NCBI RefSeq assembly: GCF_001194135.2
Contig: NC_068995.1
Location: forward strand, 32,765,630-32,829,629
Source of the DNA: Octopus bimaculoides
Taxonomy: Eukaryota
Length of the DNA stretch: 64,000 nt
Direction: 5' to 3'
Positions 11,564-24,021 of this stretch are shown here, one piece after another. How positions within the stretch are numbered: position 1 is the stretch's first letter; each line of letters opens with the position of its first letter. Under the pieces are notes generated by a model. The model was not told the DNA's origin. It was given only the letters and a program-made list of their open reading frames with translations, and searched no databases. The position numbers and the translations under genes are program-made.

Positions 11564-11783
11564 CCCTTTCGTTACCAACCCAGCTGAAACAGGCTCTGGC
11601 TCTGAGTACAAATGTCTTGTTTTCCTAAGTTTTGAATTAAAATCTTCCACCAAACCTTAGTCACAATTTATGTTCCTAACACTAGCTGAATGATAACTAA
11701 GTTATTTTACTAAATTCTTTATTATACTTAAAGTAATTGAAAGAAACACAGAGCATCTCAAAATAAATACAGTAACGAAAGGG
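11564..11783. mobile_element. piggyBac-type MITE
   Basis: TTAA|CCCTTTCGTTAC...GTAACGAAAGGG|TTAA: perfect 12-bp TIR and TTAA TSD. Confidence 0.9.
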
Positions 11784-12074
11784 TTAAACTGATTTTCAAT
11801 ACGTCTATAAGTTTTTGTAAATTTTCAATAGAAGACCAAACTTCAGAATTTGTCTGAGTACATTTACTTTAATGCAGGCAGAGTGAGGTTTAGCCTTGTA
11901 TCTCTGTTACAAGACATCTGCGCTTGTTCTTCTATCACACTCTAGCCTCTCCACACTTGGTATAGAACTATCACCTCTCCCCCTCTCAAATACCCACTCC
12001 CCAATTTAGTGGAGGAGTTTTTTTTCTCTTTTCTTTTCCTTTCACCACTTTTTATCCCTGACTTAATAGACTTA

Positions 12075-12390
12075 TACATTAATTAATATGATGGACTCTC
12101 CCATTGAAGACAATGTATGAATGTTCAACTTTTGTCGAATGACCTGCACAAATGATTTGTTTATAATAATCAAATGTTCATGCTGCACATTAGCTCATTC
12201 CCTCCACCAAATCAATGTTGTCTGAACAGAGGTGCACAGTGTACCACACATCCAGTGTCAAAGTGATTGCAGAGCAATGTGAACTGAAATATTTTGCTCA
12301 AGAACTCAATGCACCACCCAGTCTAGGAGTTGGAACCACAATCTTGTGATCATGAATGCAACACCCTAACCACTAGGTTATGTGTCTTCA
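12075..12390 (-). mobile_element. tRNA-derived SINE (third family)
   Basis: Reverse complement begins gaagacacataacctagtggttagggtgttgcattc...attgtggttccaactcc...ttcttgagcaaaatatttc. Confidence 0.7.
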
Positions 12391-13435
12391 TGTGACACAT
12401 TAAATAATGTAGTCTTAGATAGTCAATTCCTAAGAGCAGGACAGGATGACCTTGACTGGATTATGTTTGTACATATGTTTGCTGGTTCAGAACTTGTCTG
12501 GAGCTAAGCAACAACAAAATGTCTCCAAAGGGATAAGAAACATGTCCATAATGTAAGAATACAGAAATTGATCAAGGTGACCACCACATCTCAACCCCAA
12601 GTAATAATATTTGTCCAATAACGAATTTTTATATTCTTGGTAAAGTAATTCCTTTCCACTACTTGCATAATGTTTCAAATGGTTTTTACAAGGATAACAA
12701 AACAATAAGTATTTATATATGGATTGCCAAGGAAAGCCATTGGTACAGTTATATGCTCTTCCTACAACTAATTACAAACAGAATGACAAATATTTCAGCT
12801 ATGAAGACACAACACAATAGTTGTAGCAAAACTTGATCCAACACTTTAACTGCACTGAAATTATACATTTGCTTATCATAAAATTCTAAACAATTAAACA
12901 GAAGCAATAAGCAAGATAGTGTTCAAAATTTCCAAATAAATTGTGTACTTTGGATTTTAGTATTATTGCTGTCATCAAAATATCTTAAATAGCTTTAAGG
13001 TCAAATAATTTTAAAATTAGAATTTTATATGACATGAGAATCATGTTAATATCACAGGTATTATTTCATCATTAAACAACACTGAACTCTCCCTAGATAA
13101 CTAGGCCACTCTATTTCTAAGAACTTAACACCATGCTATGAGCTGGAGGTGGTTCTGGTTGTGGTATTACTGCAGTTGGTTGTGAATTTACTTTCCTTGC
13201 CCTGAATCTCAATGTTTAATTGCAATCCATTCACTATATGCTCCAATATGGTTACAGCCTACTGGCTTATAATCATGCTAGTGATTGCTAACAGTTTTAG
13301 GACACCTATTTTATAGCTGATTAGCAAGCCAGATTAGTGCTCTATTGTGCAGATATACTACAACAACAATGCGACAACATAAGCAGGCCTTTGACTGGGA
13401 GATCAATGCTTTGCTGATTCAGCCAAATGTGAATC

Positions 13436-13632
13436 ATCATCATCATCATCATCATCGTTTAACGTCCGCTTTCCATGCTAGCATGGGTTGGATGATTTGA
13501 CTGAGGACTGGTGCAACCGGATGGCTACACCAGGCTCCAATCTAATTTCGCAGAGTTTCTACAGCTGGATGCCCTTCGTAACGCCAACCACTCAGAGAGT
13601 GTAGTGGGTGCTTTTACGTGTCACCCGCACGG
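13436..13632 (-). mobile_element. RTE 3'-tail fragment, little diverged
   Basis: (CAT)n cgtttaacgtccgctttccatgctagcatgggttgg...gcccttcgtaacgccaaccactc. Confidence 0.85.
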
Positions 13633-13947
13633 GTAAAGATTAAACATTCTTTAAATGTCTAAACATAATACTTCCTTCTCTTAACTAAAAATGAATTTAA
13701 CCCAGATTTCAAATATTCACTAGTATATTTTAAAACATTTATTAAATAATTCAATAAAATAGATGCTATACAATCAAGCAAATGAAGTGTTGATCCCTTG
13801 GTTTGTAAATTTCTAATACATGACAGGTGTAGTGAGTTATCATCAGACGTACCCTTTAATTGTAACTCAGAAGGCAGTGAGAAAACTCCTAAATCCATCA
13901 TGAAATCATTTATTATCTTGCAACATTTTATCTGTGGGTAACTTTTA

Positions 13948-14640
13948 ACTTTTACTTGTTTCAGTCATTGGACTGCATCCATGCTGGGACACTGCCTTGA
14001 AGGGTTTGGTCAAATAAATCACACTCCCGATACTTATTTTTAAGTCTGGTATTTATTCTATCAATATCTTTTGCTGAACCACTAAGTTACAGGAACATAA
14101 CTAAACGAATACTGTTTGTCAAGCAGTGAGGGGACAAGCATGAACATAAAGACACACACACACACTCTCTCTCTCTCTCTCACACACACTCACACATATC
14201 AGTCCTTTGTCATTTGAGCCCTACAAAGGAGATGACAAAGGACCAAGATATCTGGTACTCAAGAAGGCCTGTCTACCACAACAGAATTGATATTGGTGCT
14301 GATGCCACATAAAAAGACATCCAGTACACTCTGTTAAAAAGGTCAGTGTTAGGAAAGGCATCCAGCAGTAGAAACCATGCCAGGACAGACAATGGGCCCA
14401 GGTCCAGTCTCTAGCCATACTAGCTCCTGTCGAACCGTCCAACCCATGCCAGCATGGAAGACAGACATTAGATGACGATGATGATATATATAGGACTGGC
14501 TTCATTTAGTTTCTGTGTACCAAATCTACTTGCACAGCTTCGGTTGGTTCAGGGTTAAGATAGAAGACACTAGCTCAAATTGCCATGCAGCGAGATTGGA
14601 CCAACATGGTTGGGAAACAAGTTTCAACCATACCAATGCC
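13948..14640 (-). mobile_element. Nin/Deu-core SINE interrupted at its microsatellite by a plus-strand RTE tail (14270-14485)
   Basis: 3' half at 13948-14160, 5' half at 14490-14640, with an RTE tail ending gacgatgatgat between them. Confidence 0.75.
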
Positions 14641-15299
14641 AATGACATTCAAATGAATCCTGTCTAAAAGGCAAAAAGAAATCACTGTCAGATATGATTC
14701 TAAAGAAATGAAGCCTTCACAATATTTCAACAACACACTGAAGATAAATTATTGAAGTAAACCAGAATTGAATTAGTTTTCCTTCCCTGAATTTTAATAT
14801 TTGATTGAAATCCATTCACAGTATGGTAATACAGATTATAATGCCTGCTCCAGCATGGCCATAACCTACAGGCCATGTCGAAGAAGGATTTTTATTTTAC
14901 TAAAATAATAAACAGTCAAGAAAACTAAAATTCTTGATTTCAAAATAGAACTAGGGTTTCAAACAAAGTTAAAACTTATTTCGTCATGTAATAAGTAAAT
15001 ATGTTATCCACTGCTTAGCAGTGATTTCTTGGCATTATAAATCCCACCCCAAAACACACCTGGTAGTGTACCACTCTCCTTACAGGTAACATTCTTGATA
15101 ATTCTACATGTTATAACTCATGTTATAAGTGTCCCACCAAGAACTTAAGAAAATAACTAGAATGAATTTGAATTCAAAGCTTATGAGTTGGTCATAATAC
15201 CATATCCACTTGGCCATTTTCCTTTTATATTGAATCAATGTTGAAATTCATCTAATTCTAATCTGAGACTAAAATAAACACTGTAAGCCATTCATTGTT

Positions 15300-15329
15300 A
15301 CTGTGTGTGTGTGTGAGAGAGAGAGAGAG

Positions 15330-15377
<48 letters not shown>

Positions 15378-15405
15378 AGAGAGAGTGTGTGTGCATGTGT
15401 GTGTT
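15300..15405. repeat. (GT)n(GA)n microsatellite
   Basis: Directly visible. Confidence 0.95.
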
Positions 15406-16527
15406 TTCTTTAAGATCTTCAACCAAAAGCCAGTTTGTCGCTGTCAAGGAGATATAAAACAAACTTTTGCATTGTCTGTAAACTACATCACTGATACCCA
15501 GCAGGTAAATTTGTATGACATTTTTAAATGCCCCTCAGAAAACCATGAGCATTATAGACCCACTTGTTCTTTCATCATTTTTGAGCAAGGACACAAAACT
15601 GGAATACTGATTTTCTGACAGCAACTATCTCTCATCATTAAAAAAAAATTAAGGAACAATACCTAGCTATAGGCTCCAAATGTCATTAAATATGACAGTG
15701 ACCAGATATTCTAGATAAGAAAATTTCCAACTGCAAATCATGTCATGTCTAGACGAGTTTTAGAGATGAACTCAATATTGGGTATTACTTTAAAAAAGAT
15801 TTAAAAAAAGAAAACTTCTAACAAAAAAAAACCCAGTTAACATAGGAATTATTTATCAAAATTCCAGTCCTTTTAACTGTAACTTATCAGAACCATATTT
15901 GCACTCAAATGATATACAAAGACAGTGTTGTAGTATTAATAATAAATTATAGACAGCTACTTCAAAGATTACAATGTATTTCTTAGGGGTTTCCTGAGAA
16001 GTGTAAAACAACTTGAATGTTGTTCGACTCATGCTACAATCTGTCAGACTGGAGCATAAAGATTCATCCAAACCCACTTGAAAGTTGCACAGACACATAT
16101 ATAATGCTACTTATAGTTTCTTGAGTACAGTAGCTTAAGCAGGAGCCTTATTTATTGTGTCTGAAGTGCATAGTTATGGTATACATAGAATAAGTATAAA
16201 AATTATTGATATTTGGCCATGTTCGAATCAGTGTTATAAATAATAAAACTGCCTTGTAATGTGTATATGAGTGTGTATGTGAATTTTAGAAGACATAAAA
16301 TAAAGAGGTAGGCTGCATGTTAACATAAAATTCAGCTAATGAAACTGACAAGAAGTGATAATGAGGCAGAGTTAATCATGGTTGTCATTATGAAAGTGTT
16401 TGTTGTTCATTGTAATGTGGTGTATGCTGAAATGCTAGTATTGGGAATTAAGGGATTTCATTAAAGTGGAAAATTATAGTGTGAAATAGGGACCTAACAA
16501 CAGATAAGGATATACATGTAACAAATA

Positions 16528-16561
<34 letters not shown>

Positions 16562-16929
16562 TAATATGCATATGTATATATATATGTGTGAGATTATGGA
16601 ATGTGTTCACATTTACAAGTGACACATTATTCTGCATGTCTAAGCTTGTCTGGTCATGGACAAATTTAAATTCCTTGTTCATAAATGAGTGATTAACTGT
16701 AGGAGTGACAACCAAGTGTAAAAATATTTACTTCAGATTGAAAATGAACAAATTTATGAATGACAAAAATCATTCAAGGAAATAAATGACAAAGGGTTTT
16801 GTTGAAAGAGAGAGTAAAGTAGACTGTTGTTCATTCGATTCGTATTAACCTTGATTAAGAAAACCGTCCACGAAAGAGATTCCAGCTGTAGTTGTTTTGT
16901 CTTTTCAAGGCTATCTATGACTACATTAG

Positions 16930-17105
16930 AAGGTGTGTAGCTTAGTGGTTAGGGTACTCAGCTCATGGTCACAAGATCATGAGTTCGATATTTGGTGGTG
17001 CAGTGCGTCCTTAAGCAAGACACTTTATTTCATGTTGTACCAGTCCACTCAGCTAGCAAAAGTAAGTTGTACCTGTGATTCAAAGGGTCAGCCTTGTCAC
17101 ATCCT
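16930..17105 (+). mobile_element. tRNA-derived SINE (family of 51115), 3'-truncated
   Basis: ggtgtgtagcttagtggttagg A box; ccttaagcaagacactttatttc; gattcaaagggtcagccttgtcac shared with 51115-51440. Confidence 0.75.
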
Positions 17106-17329
17106 GTTTTCAGATAATCAAACTCTCTGTTTGTTAATGGCATATCAATTTTGGAGGAGTTGGTACCAACAGCTGTCAAGCTATTGGTCTATACTCTCAG
17201 GACAAAGAGACAACTTCAAGAATTTATCTTCTATGTCATTTACTTTACCCCTATTCATCTTTGTTGTTCACATACATGCCACCGGTCCTTCAGTTATTTC
17301 TCTAATCTCATCATTTTCATCTCAAATAC

Positions 17330-17745
17330 ATAGGCATGGATGTGTGGTTCAGAAATTTGCTTCCCAACCACATGGTTCTAGGTTCAGTCCCACTGCATGG
17401 CACTTTGGGCAAGTGTCTTCTACTACAGCCCCAAACTGTATAAAGCATTGTGAGTGAATTTGATAAACAGAAAGAAGTCTGTTGTATAAGTTGTGTGTAT
17501 GTCTTCTTGTCTGAGCATTGCATGATAGTTGTAAATGGGCGTCTCAATCATATATGCAGTGTATTCTATTTGCAATCTTCCTTGAAAACATGTCTGGCAA
17601 TGGGAAAATATTACCTTACTTAGAAGTAGGTGAGGATTGGCAACAGGAAGGGCATTCGGCCATAGAGAAGTCTGCCCCAATGAATTCTGTCCATCTCATG
17701 TGAAAATGAAAAAGTGAAAATGGAAATGTTATAGATGATGATGAT
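17330..17745 (+). mobile_element. Nin/Deu-core SINE with an RTE-like (GAT)n 3' tail
   Basis: Standard head and core, then a different 3' half containing ggcaacaggaagggcattcggccatag and ending gatgatgatg. Confidence 0.75.
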
Positions 17746-17792
17746 GGTGGTAGTGGTGGTGGTGCTGATGTGTGTGCATGCGTGTATGTGTC

Positions 17793-18111
17793 TTTTATCT
17801 TTTACTTGTTTCAGTCATTAGACTGTGGCCATGCTAGAGCATTGCCTTGAAGAATTTTTAGTTAAATGAATTGCCTTCAGTATTTTTTTTAAGCCTGGTA
17901 CTTATTCTATCAATCTCTTTAGTTGAACATATATATATATATATATATATATGAGCATGAGGCAGGCTTCTTTCAGTTGCTGTCTACCCCACTCATAAAG
18001 TTTTGGTCGGCATGTGACTATAGTAGAAGACACTTGTCCAAGATGTCATGGAGTAGGACTGAACCCTGAACCATGTGGTTGGAAAGCAAACTCCTTACCA
18101 CACAGCCACAC
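17793..18111 (-). mobile_element. Nin/Deu-core SINE
   Basis: cttttacttgtttcagtcattagactgtggccatgc tail through ggactgaaccctgaaccatgtggttgg head. Confidence 0.85.
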
Positions 18112-19654
18112 CATTTCTTATGTTAAAAATATTTTTTTAAAGATAGAGGGTTTGCTAAAATGTGTCATGATAGAAATAGGCTGGGAACAGCTATATCAAA
18201 ACTAAGCCTAAGTTTTCAACTACCATCTTGCGTCTGAAATATATGTTCATTTTATCCTTTTTGAACTTTAGTCTGGGTGTAAGGTTATTCAAGAACAAAG
18301 AAAACTATTTGTAGCTGATATTTTACTTATCAAAAGCTTAGTACCAAAATGTTGACAAACAGTTAAAACAATTTAGGTTTCAAATGTCTAAACAAAGAGA
18401 TGTTCTTTTAACCTTTCAACCTTTCAGAAACTATATTTTTACTTGTTACTTTTTCTTTTTAACAAATCAGAAATTTCAGTAAGCATTTATCCCAAATTTT
18501 CTAAAGGAAAGCCTTAAGGTTTTATTGGCAAAAAAGTTTTATTATCTTTTTTAATTAATTTTATTTCATATTAACACACACACACTGGTTATATTTTACT
18601 TCTTTATTATTCATCAAATAGTGAACTAATCAATTGTTTGAATAATCATTTGGTTAATCAATCAATCAGTTTCAAACAATTGAATCATTAACTGATTAAT
18701 AATAAATAAAATAAAACCAGTGCATGTGTTTATCATTGGTATAATGACCCTCTCAAGATACAACAAAATCTGTTTCAAATACAAGTTCCCATTAAGTATC
18801 TTGCAAAACAAATACAAAAACAAAATATTCTTTACAATATTTTTGTCTTAATCATTAAGGGAGATCCAGCTATTGCAACTGAGAAAATTAATTAATTACT
18901 CTTTTCATTAAGGGAAATTGGGGTGAACAAGAACTTTTTAACCCTTTGTCTGTCCTGTGTGTCACATTTTCCCTTCATCCAGGCATCTTATATGATACAC
19001 ATTCCCAATTTTTTCAACTAACAGTAACTTGGGACTTATGAAATGAAAGGTTTATATTACTCAGAACATTATGAAGCAAGAGCTAACTCTTCTTCTTTGG
19101 TTGCCCTGCTTTTGTGGATTCTCATGACTCTCTGTCACCATCCAATTCCATTATTATTTGTCATAATAATTTCTCTAATTCTGCAAATCTCACCTCAAAG
19201 CAACACTATTTATGGTTGTACTTATTAAATGACACTAATTTAGCAAAGTTTTCTTCCCAAATCTAATCTTGAATATTAAAGAACTAATTTGGCAGAGAAA
19301 TATAGCTAAAATCTGTACCTGAAAGTCAAACTTCATTCAGGATAGCTTAGCCATTCATCTGCTAGTAGTTGAGGGAATAAGACCAATAGGCTCAGATGAG
19401 AAGGGCCGGATTGTCATCTGGCAGGAGTAACACCTGTCCTTAACTATAATTAATAAGAAAAAAATTTAGACTGATCACAGCTGCAGTTGACTCTTAGATG
19501 ATGATGATGATATTTTGCAAGTATCCTTTTACATTATAAATGCTTCAAACCCTTAAATTTGATACAACCTAATGACTAATTAATTTTAGCAATTTGTTTA
19601 TTAAAATATGTTCATTTTTTTTTATGTCTATTCATGTACAAGTAAAGTTCCATG

Positions 19655-19910
19655 GCATAGTGATTTGGTTGTTTGGCTAACAATCCACTTAGGTGTGGGT
19701 TCGATCTTCAAACCAGGTGACATGTGTCCTTGAGCAATGCACTTCATTCACATTGCTTCAGTCCATTCAGCTGAAAATGAGTATCAGTGATATGTTATAG
19801 CCTTGCAACAGACTGGTCTCTGGTTCAAAGGGTATGTCTTATACTTTCAATCATTCTATAAACCATAGAAACACTACAGAAATCAAGATAAGCTCCAGCC
19901 TAATGGATGT
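19655..19910 (+). mobile_element. Diverged tRNA-derived SINE
   Basis: catggcatagtg A-box-like, gggttcgatc B box, gtccttgagcaatgcacttc, cattcagctgaaaatgagtatc. Confidence 0.6.
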
Positions 19911-20189
19911 GTAGACTCGAGACAGACTTATCTTATCTGCAATATTATGTAATCCGCTTAATGATTCTTTCATCATTACTTTGACTAGTATGGCATAGGC
20001 CAGGCATTGTTAAAGAGATCTACTAAGACCCAAACATGTCCAGAGCTGTCTAGCATATTTCCTGAAATGATTATCGTTCATTGAGCTAATTTTGTCTTTC
20101 CCTTACCATATATATATTTCTAATTAGATTTTTAGTGCTGATTACATTAAATATGTTGACCCTAACTTAATATCTAAATACTAAATGCA

Positions 20190-20390
20190 GCAAGCTGGCA
20201 GAATTGTTAACATACCAGGCAAAATGCTTAGCAGCATTTCCTGTCTTTACATTCTGGGTTCAAATGCCGCCAGGATTGACTTTGCCTGTCACACTTTTGG
20301 GGTAGACAAAACAAGTACTAGTTGAGTACTGGGAGCCAATTTAATCAATTTAGCCCCTGATGGCCTTGTGCCAAAAACTGAAACTTATAT
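20190..20390 (+). mobile_element. Meta-core SINE
   Basis: gcaagctggcagaattgttaac...aaatgcttagc...ggttcaaatgcc...gactttgcc...ggccttgtgcc. Confidence 0.8.
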
Positions 20391-20859
20391 TTAATTACTA
20401 TGCTATAATTTCACAATTTACAAAATAAAATAATAGTCTTCTGATGCTGACACGAGTTGACACTGTTTGATAATTCCCAAGTGAAATCAAAGAAAGAGCA
20501 AGTGCATCTAACAACTTGGAAGTGTGTAGAATAATATGAAATGTCATAGTTATTATATCCTACAAAATTAGCAGACACTCTGAAAGAATTAACTAGAGTA
20601 AATGAGTTCAACTTGAGATGAACAGCAATAACATAAAAAAGTAAAGATAAATTGTCATATTCTAAAACATTAAATAATTTCTAGATAATTTCAGAGGAAT
20701 TCCTTAAGTTTTGTGTATTCAGATACAGTAATAATTTATTTCAGCTTTCCTTTTTTAGGAGTGAAGCACAAATTATACCAATAAACTAAAACTTATCATT
20801 CATTTTTAAAAGTGTAAGTTTTCAATTTCACTGTTAATAACAGCAACTATTTTTTATAT

Positions 20860-21057
20860 GTTATTTGTTTCAGTCTTTGGACTGTGGCCATGCTGGGGCA
20901 CTGCCTTGAAGGGTTCAGTCAAACAAATCAACCCCCACCCAATACTTATTTTTAAACCTGGTACTTATTCTATCACTCTTTTTGCTGAATCAGTAAGTTA
21001 CATGAACATAAACAAACCAACACCAGTTGTCAAGTGGTGATGGGGACAAACACAAAG

Positions 21058-21122
<65 letters not shown>
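20860..21122 (-). mobile_element. Nin/Deu-core SINE 3' half plus (TG)n
   Basis: gtttcagtctttggactgtggccatgctgg...gttgtcaagtggtgatggggacaaacac. Confidence 0.8.
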
Positions 21123-21128
<6 letters not shown>

Positions 21129-21804
21129 CCAGGAATCGAGCTGTAGGAAGAAAGTTAGCTTCAAGCAATCCATAATGAATATGAAAAAACAACTTTCAGG
21201 AACAATAGTGGTTTATTGAGATGGAAGGTTGCAGATGTTTTTTTCTTTTATCAAAGAATGATGAGCTGAAAAAAGTCCGTATTATATTCTTTGGTAGGCA
21301 ACTAGGGTTGTCGAGTGTGCAAAAAAGAATACAAGTGTTACGGAATGGAGTATAGGAAATCTGGGCTACATATGTTTCATAGCGAGTGGAACCTCAGAAG
21401 TGGTAAAATCCAAGTGAGGTGTATAATGCCAGCTACTCTTTGGGCCAAAGATATCTTGATTGGATTAAAGGCTACATTGTCGCAAGGAGGTACATGTTGA
21501 TGCAAAGATCCAATCAGAATGTGAGGAAGGCACAGTTTGTGAGGGATATATAAATGAGGGGCGAAATAACTAATAGAAGGGAAGAAAGAAGAGAAAGAAA
21601 AGTAAATAAATAAATGAAATGAAATAAAATATAGAGGAGTGAGAGATGGGAGGAACTGGACATGTTGGTGGTAGGTAATATAGTAGTTTTAGCTTAATCA
21701 CAGAATTCAATAGTGAGATTAGCATTTGAAAAGAAAAGAAATTGGAAGGGAGAGGGTGGGGTAATATTTTTGATGGTGGAGGACAAAAGAAAGCATGTAT
21801 GAAT

Positions 21805-21986
21805 AGGCGTAGGAGTGGCTGTGTGGTAAGTAGCTTGCTTCCCAACCACATGGTTCTGGGTTCAGTCCCACTGTGTGGCACCTTGGGCAAGTGTCTTCTA
21901 CTATAGCCTCAGGCCGACCAAAACCTTGTGAGTGGATTTGGTAGACGGAAACTGAAAGAAGCCCGTTGTATATATGTGTGTGTGTG

Positions 21987-22036
<50 letters not shown>

Positions 22037-22243
22037 TATATGTTTGTGTGTCTGTTTGTCCCCCCACCTTCACTTGACAACCGAGGCTGGTGTGTTTACG
22101 TCCCCATAACTTAGCGGTTCGGCAAAAAGAGACCGATAGAATAAGTACTAGGCTAACAAAGAATAAGTCCTGGGGTCGATTTGCTTGACTAAAAGGCGGT
22201 GCCCCAGCATGGCCGCAGTCAAATGACTGAAACAAGTAAAAGA
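21805..22243 (+). mobile_element. Full-length Nin/Deu-core SINE
   Basis: aggcgtaggagtggctgtgtggtaag...ggatttggtagacggaaactgaaagaagcccg...microsatellite...gaaacaagtaaaagag. Confidence 0.92.
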
Positions 22244-22822
22244 GTAGAAGAGTATGAATAAAGCAGGGTAGGGTGGGGAGTTTAAGCACAGCTAGTGGCT
22301 TTATGGTCAAAAGGCGTAAATTAGTACAAGAAAAAAAAAAAACAATCAAGTGGTGAAGTGTATGTAGGCATATGTATTTGTATGTTTACAGACGGGGGTT
22401 AGGAGGGGTAGGGAGTAGAAATATAGGGAGAAAAGATTATTTGGGGTAGTAAGTAAAAATACAGAGAGAAAATTGTAATTGATGATTAAGGAATTAAAAA
22501 GGGAGAAAGAATATTGTTGGTTTAATACACAGTGGTAGTGAGGGTGTATGAATGGAAAAAGAATATGAGAGTTATGGGGAGACAAGAGCAGGGTTGTAAT
22601 TATTTGTATTTCAAGAATAGATTTAGTGCCTGATGTTTGCAGGTGAATATTATACTGCTGCGTTCATGGATTGCAAAATAGCCATGATCTCGGCTATGCA
22701 AAGATCACACTTATTATTATATCTGCTGTAAAGTTTGGCATGGGTGATTATGGACCATTTGAGAGTGTAAAGAGTGTTACTTTATTCGTAAGTCGAGATA
22801 ACAATGTACTGTTAGATTTTGT

Positions 22823-23990
22823 ATGGTATTTGAAGCTAGAGTAGTGATTGCAAAACCAAACCTATCCATACCACAAACATGGAGAAAACCTGCACTACAT
22901 GAACTTCTCTTCCAACCCCTACCCTCCATCCTAAAATCTATTGTAAAAAGTGTGTCCTACCGGATCTCCTATTTATCTGCTAATCAAGATTTATTCGATC
23001 AATATGCTGAATACTACAACTGTGCCCTACAATGTGCCAGATATAAACATTCAACTGAATACATCCCCATGTGGGACATCCCTCTCTCAACTAAATCCAG
23101 AGCAAAAAAAATAGTTCCCAACCCCCAACCCAAACATTGGAGTGAAAATCAACCTAACAAACAACTCCCCTATCAGATAACCTCTAATCCTATATACACA
23201 ACCTATCAAAACAGACATGAACATACATATCCAAAACCCTATCTCCACCCAGGTAACCCCGCCTAATCAGATTAAATGAACTAGAACCCGAGACATCATA
23301 TGGTTCCACCCCACCCCCTTTGCCCTTAATGTCCAAACTCTTCTTCGCCCTACTCGAAAAGCANNNNNNNNNNNNNNNNNNNNNNNNNNNNNNNNNNNNN
23401 NNNNNNNNNNNNNNNNNNNNNNNNNNNNNNNNNNNNNNNNNNNNNNNNNNNNNNTTATCCTACTCCACCACCACCAACATTGCCGGAGTTATCCGAGACA
23501 TCATAACAGGAAACTCTCAAATCCACTAACAGCTAACCCCGACCCTAGTAAATTAATTCAACATAACCCCTCAACTCCAAACATATAAACCAAATACACC
23601 AACTGATTCCTATAACAAAATAAACCCTCATAACTACAACTACAGTGCCATTTCTAACACCCGACCCTTAAATTTACCACAACACCCGACCCTTAAATTT
23701 ACCACAACACCCAAATATACCTTCTGCCATAACAGAGGATACCACTGCACACAATAATTATCATACCATACAACACAACAACACCACCTTCAACCCCTTA
23801 ATAATTGATAACCTTAGCACCAACTATAATAATGAATGTAACACTGATTCTTCACTAAATAACAGGCTCATCCACAGCATCCCCTACAAACCTATACAGC
23901 TGCAGATGCCAAACCTCCTGTCCTTCAGATAACTGCTGTCTCACTATGTAGCCTGGATTTCCCATACTCCATTCTGTAACTCTTATATAT
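22823..23990 (+). pseudogene. Penelope-like element RT relics
   Basis: ORF 22823..23266 has WRKP...SILKSIVKSVSYRISYLSANQDLFDQYAEYYNCAL, resembling the PLE post-RT motif RRIS.LS.N..IF....YY..AL; 23330-23500 gives KLFFALLEK...TNIAGVIRDII, resembling FYALPKIHK...T.NIA. Confidence 0.65.
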
Positions 23991-24021
23991 ATGTATGTAT
24001 GTATATATGTATGTGTATATA

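Noticed and set aside
12487-13330. Several short minus-strand frames (12487..12705, a hydrophobic 12790-12860 stretch, a proline-rich 13130-13190 stretch)
   Set aside because: No consistent splice chain or recognisable family; may be UTR or intron.
15415-15504. Plus-strand exon IFNQKPVCRCQGDIKQTFALSVNYITDTQQ, or a minus-strand LTATNWLL resemblance to DCAF17
   Set aside because: Isolated candidate with no supporting neighbours; the DCAF17-like match is only about 8 residues and lacks a donor.
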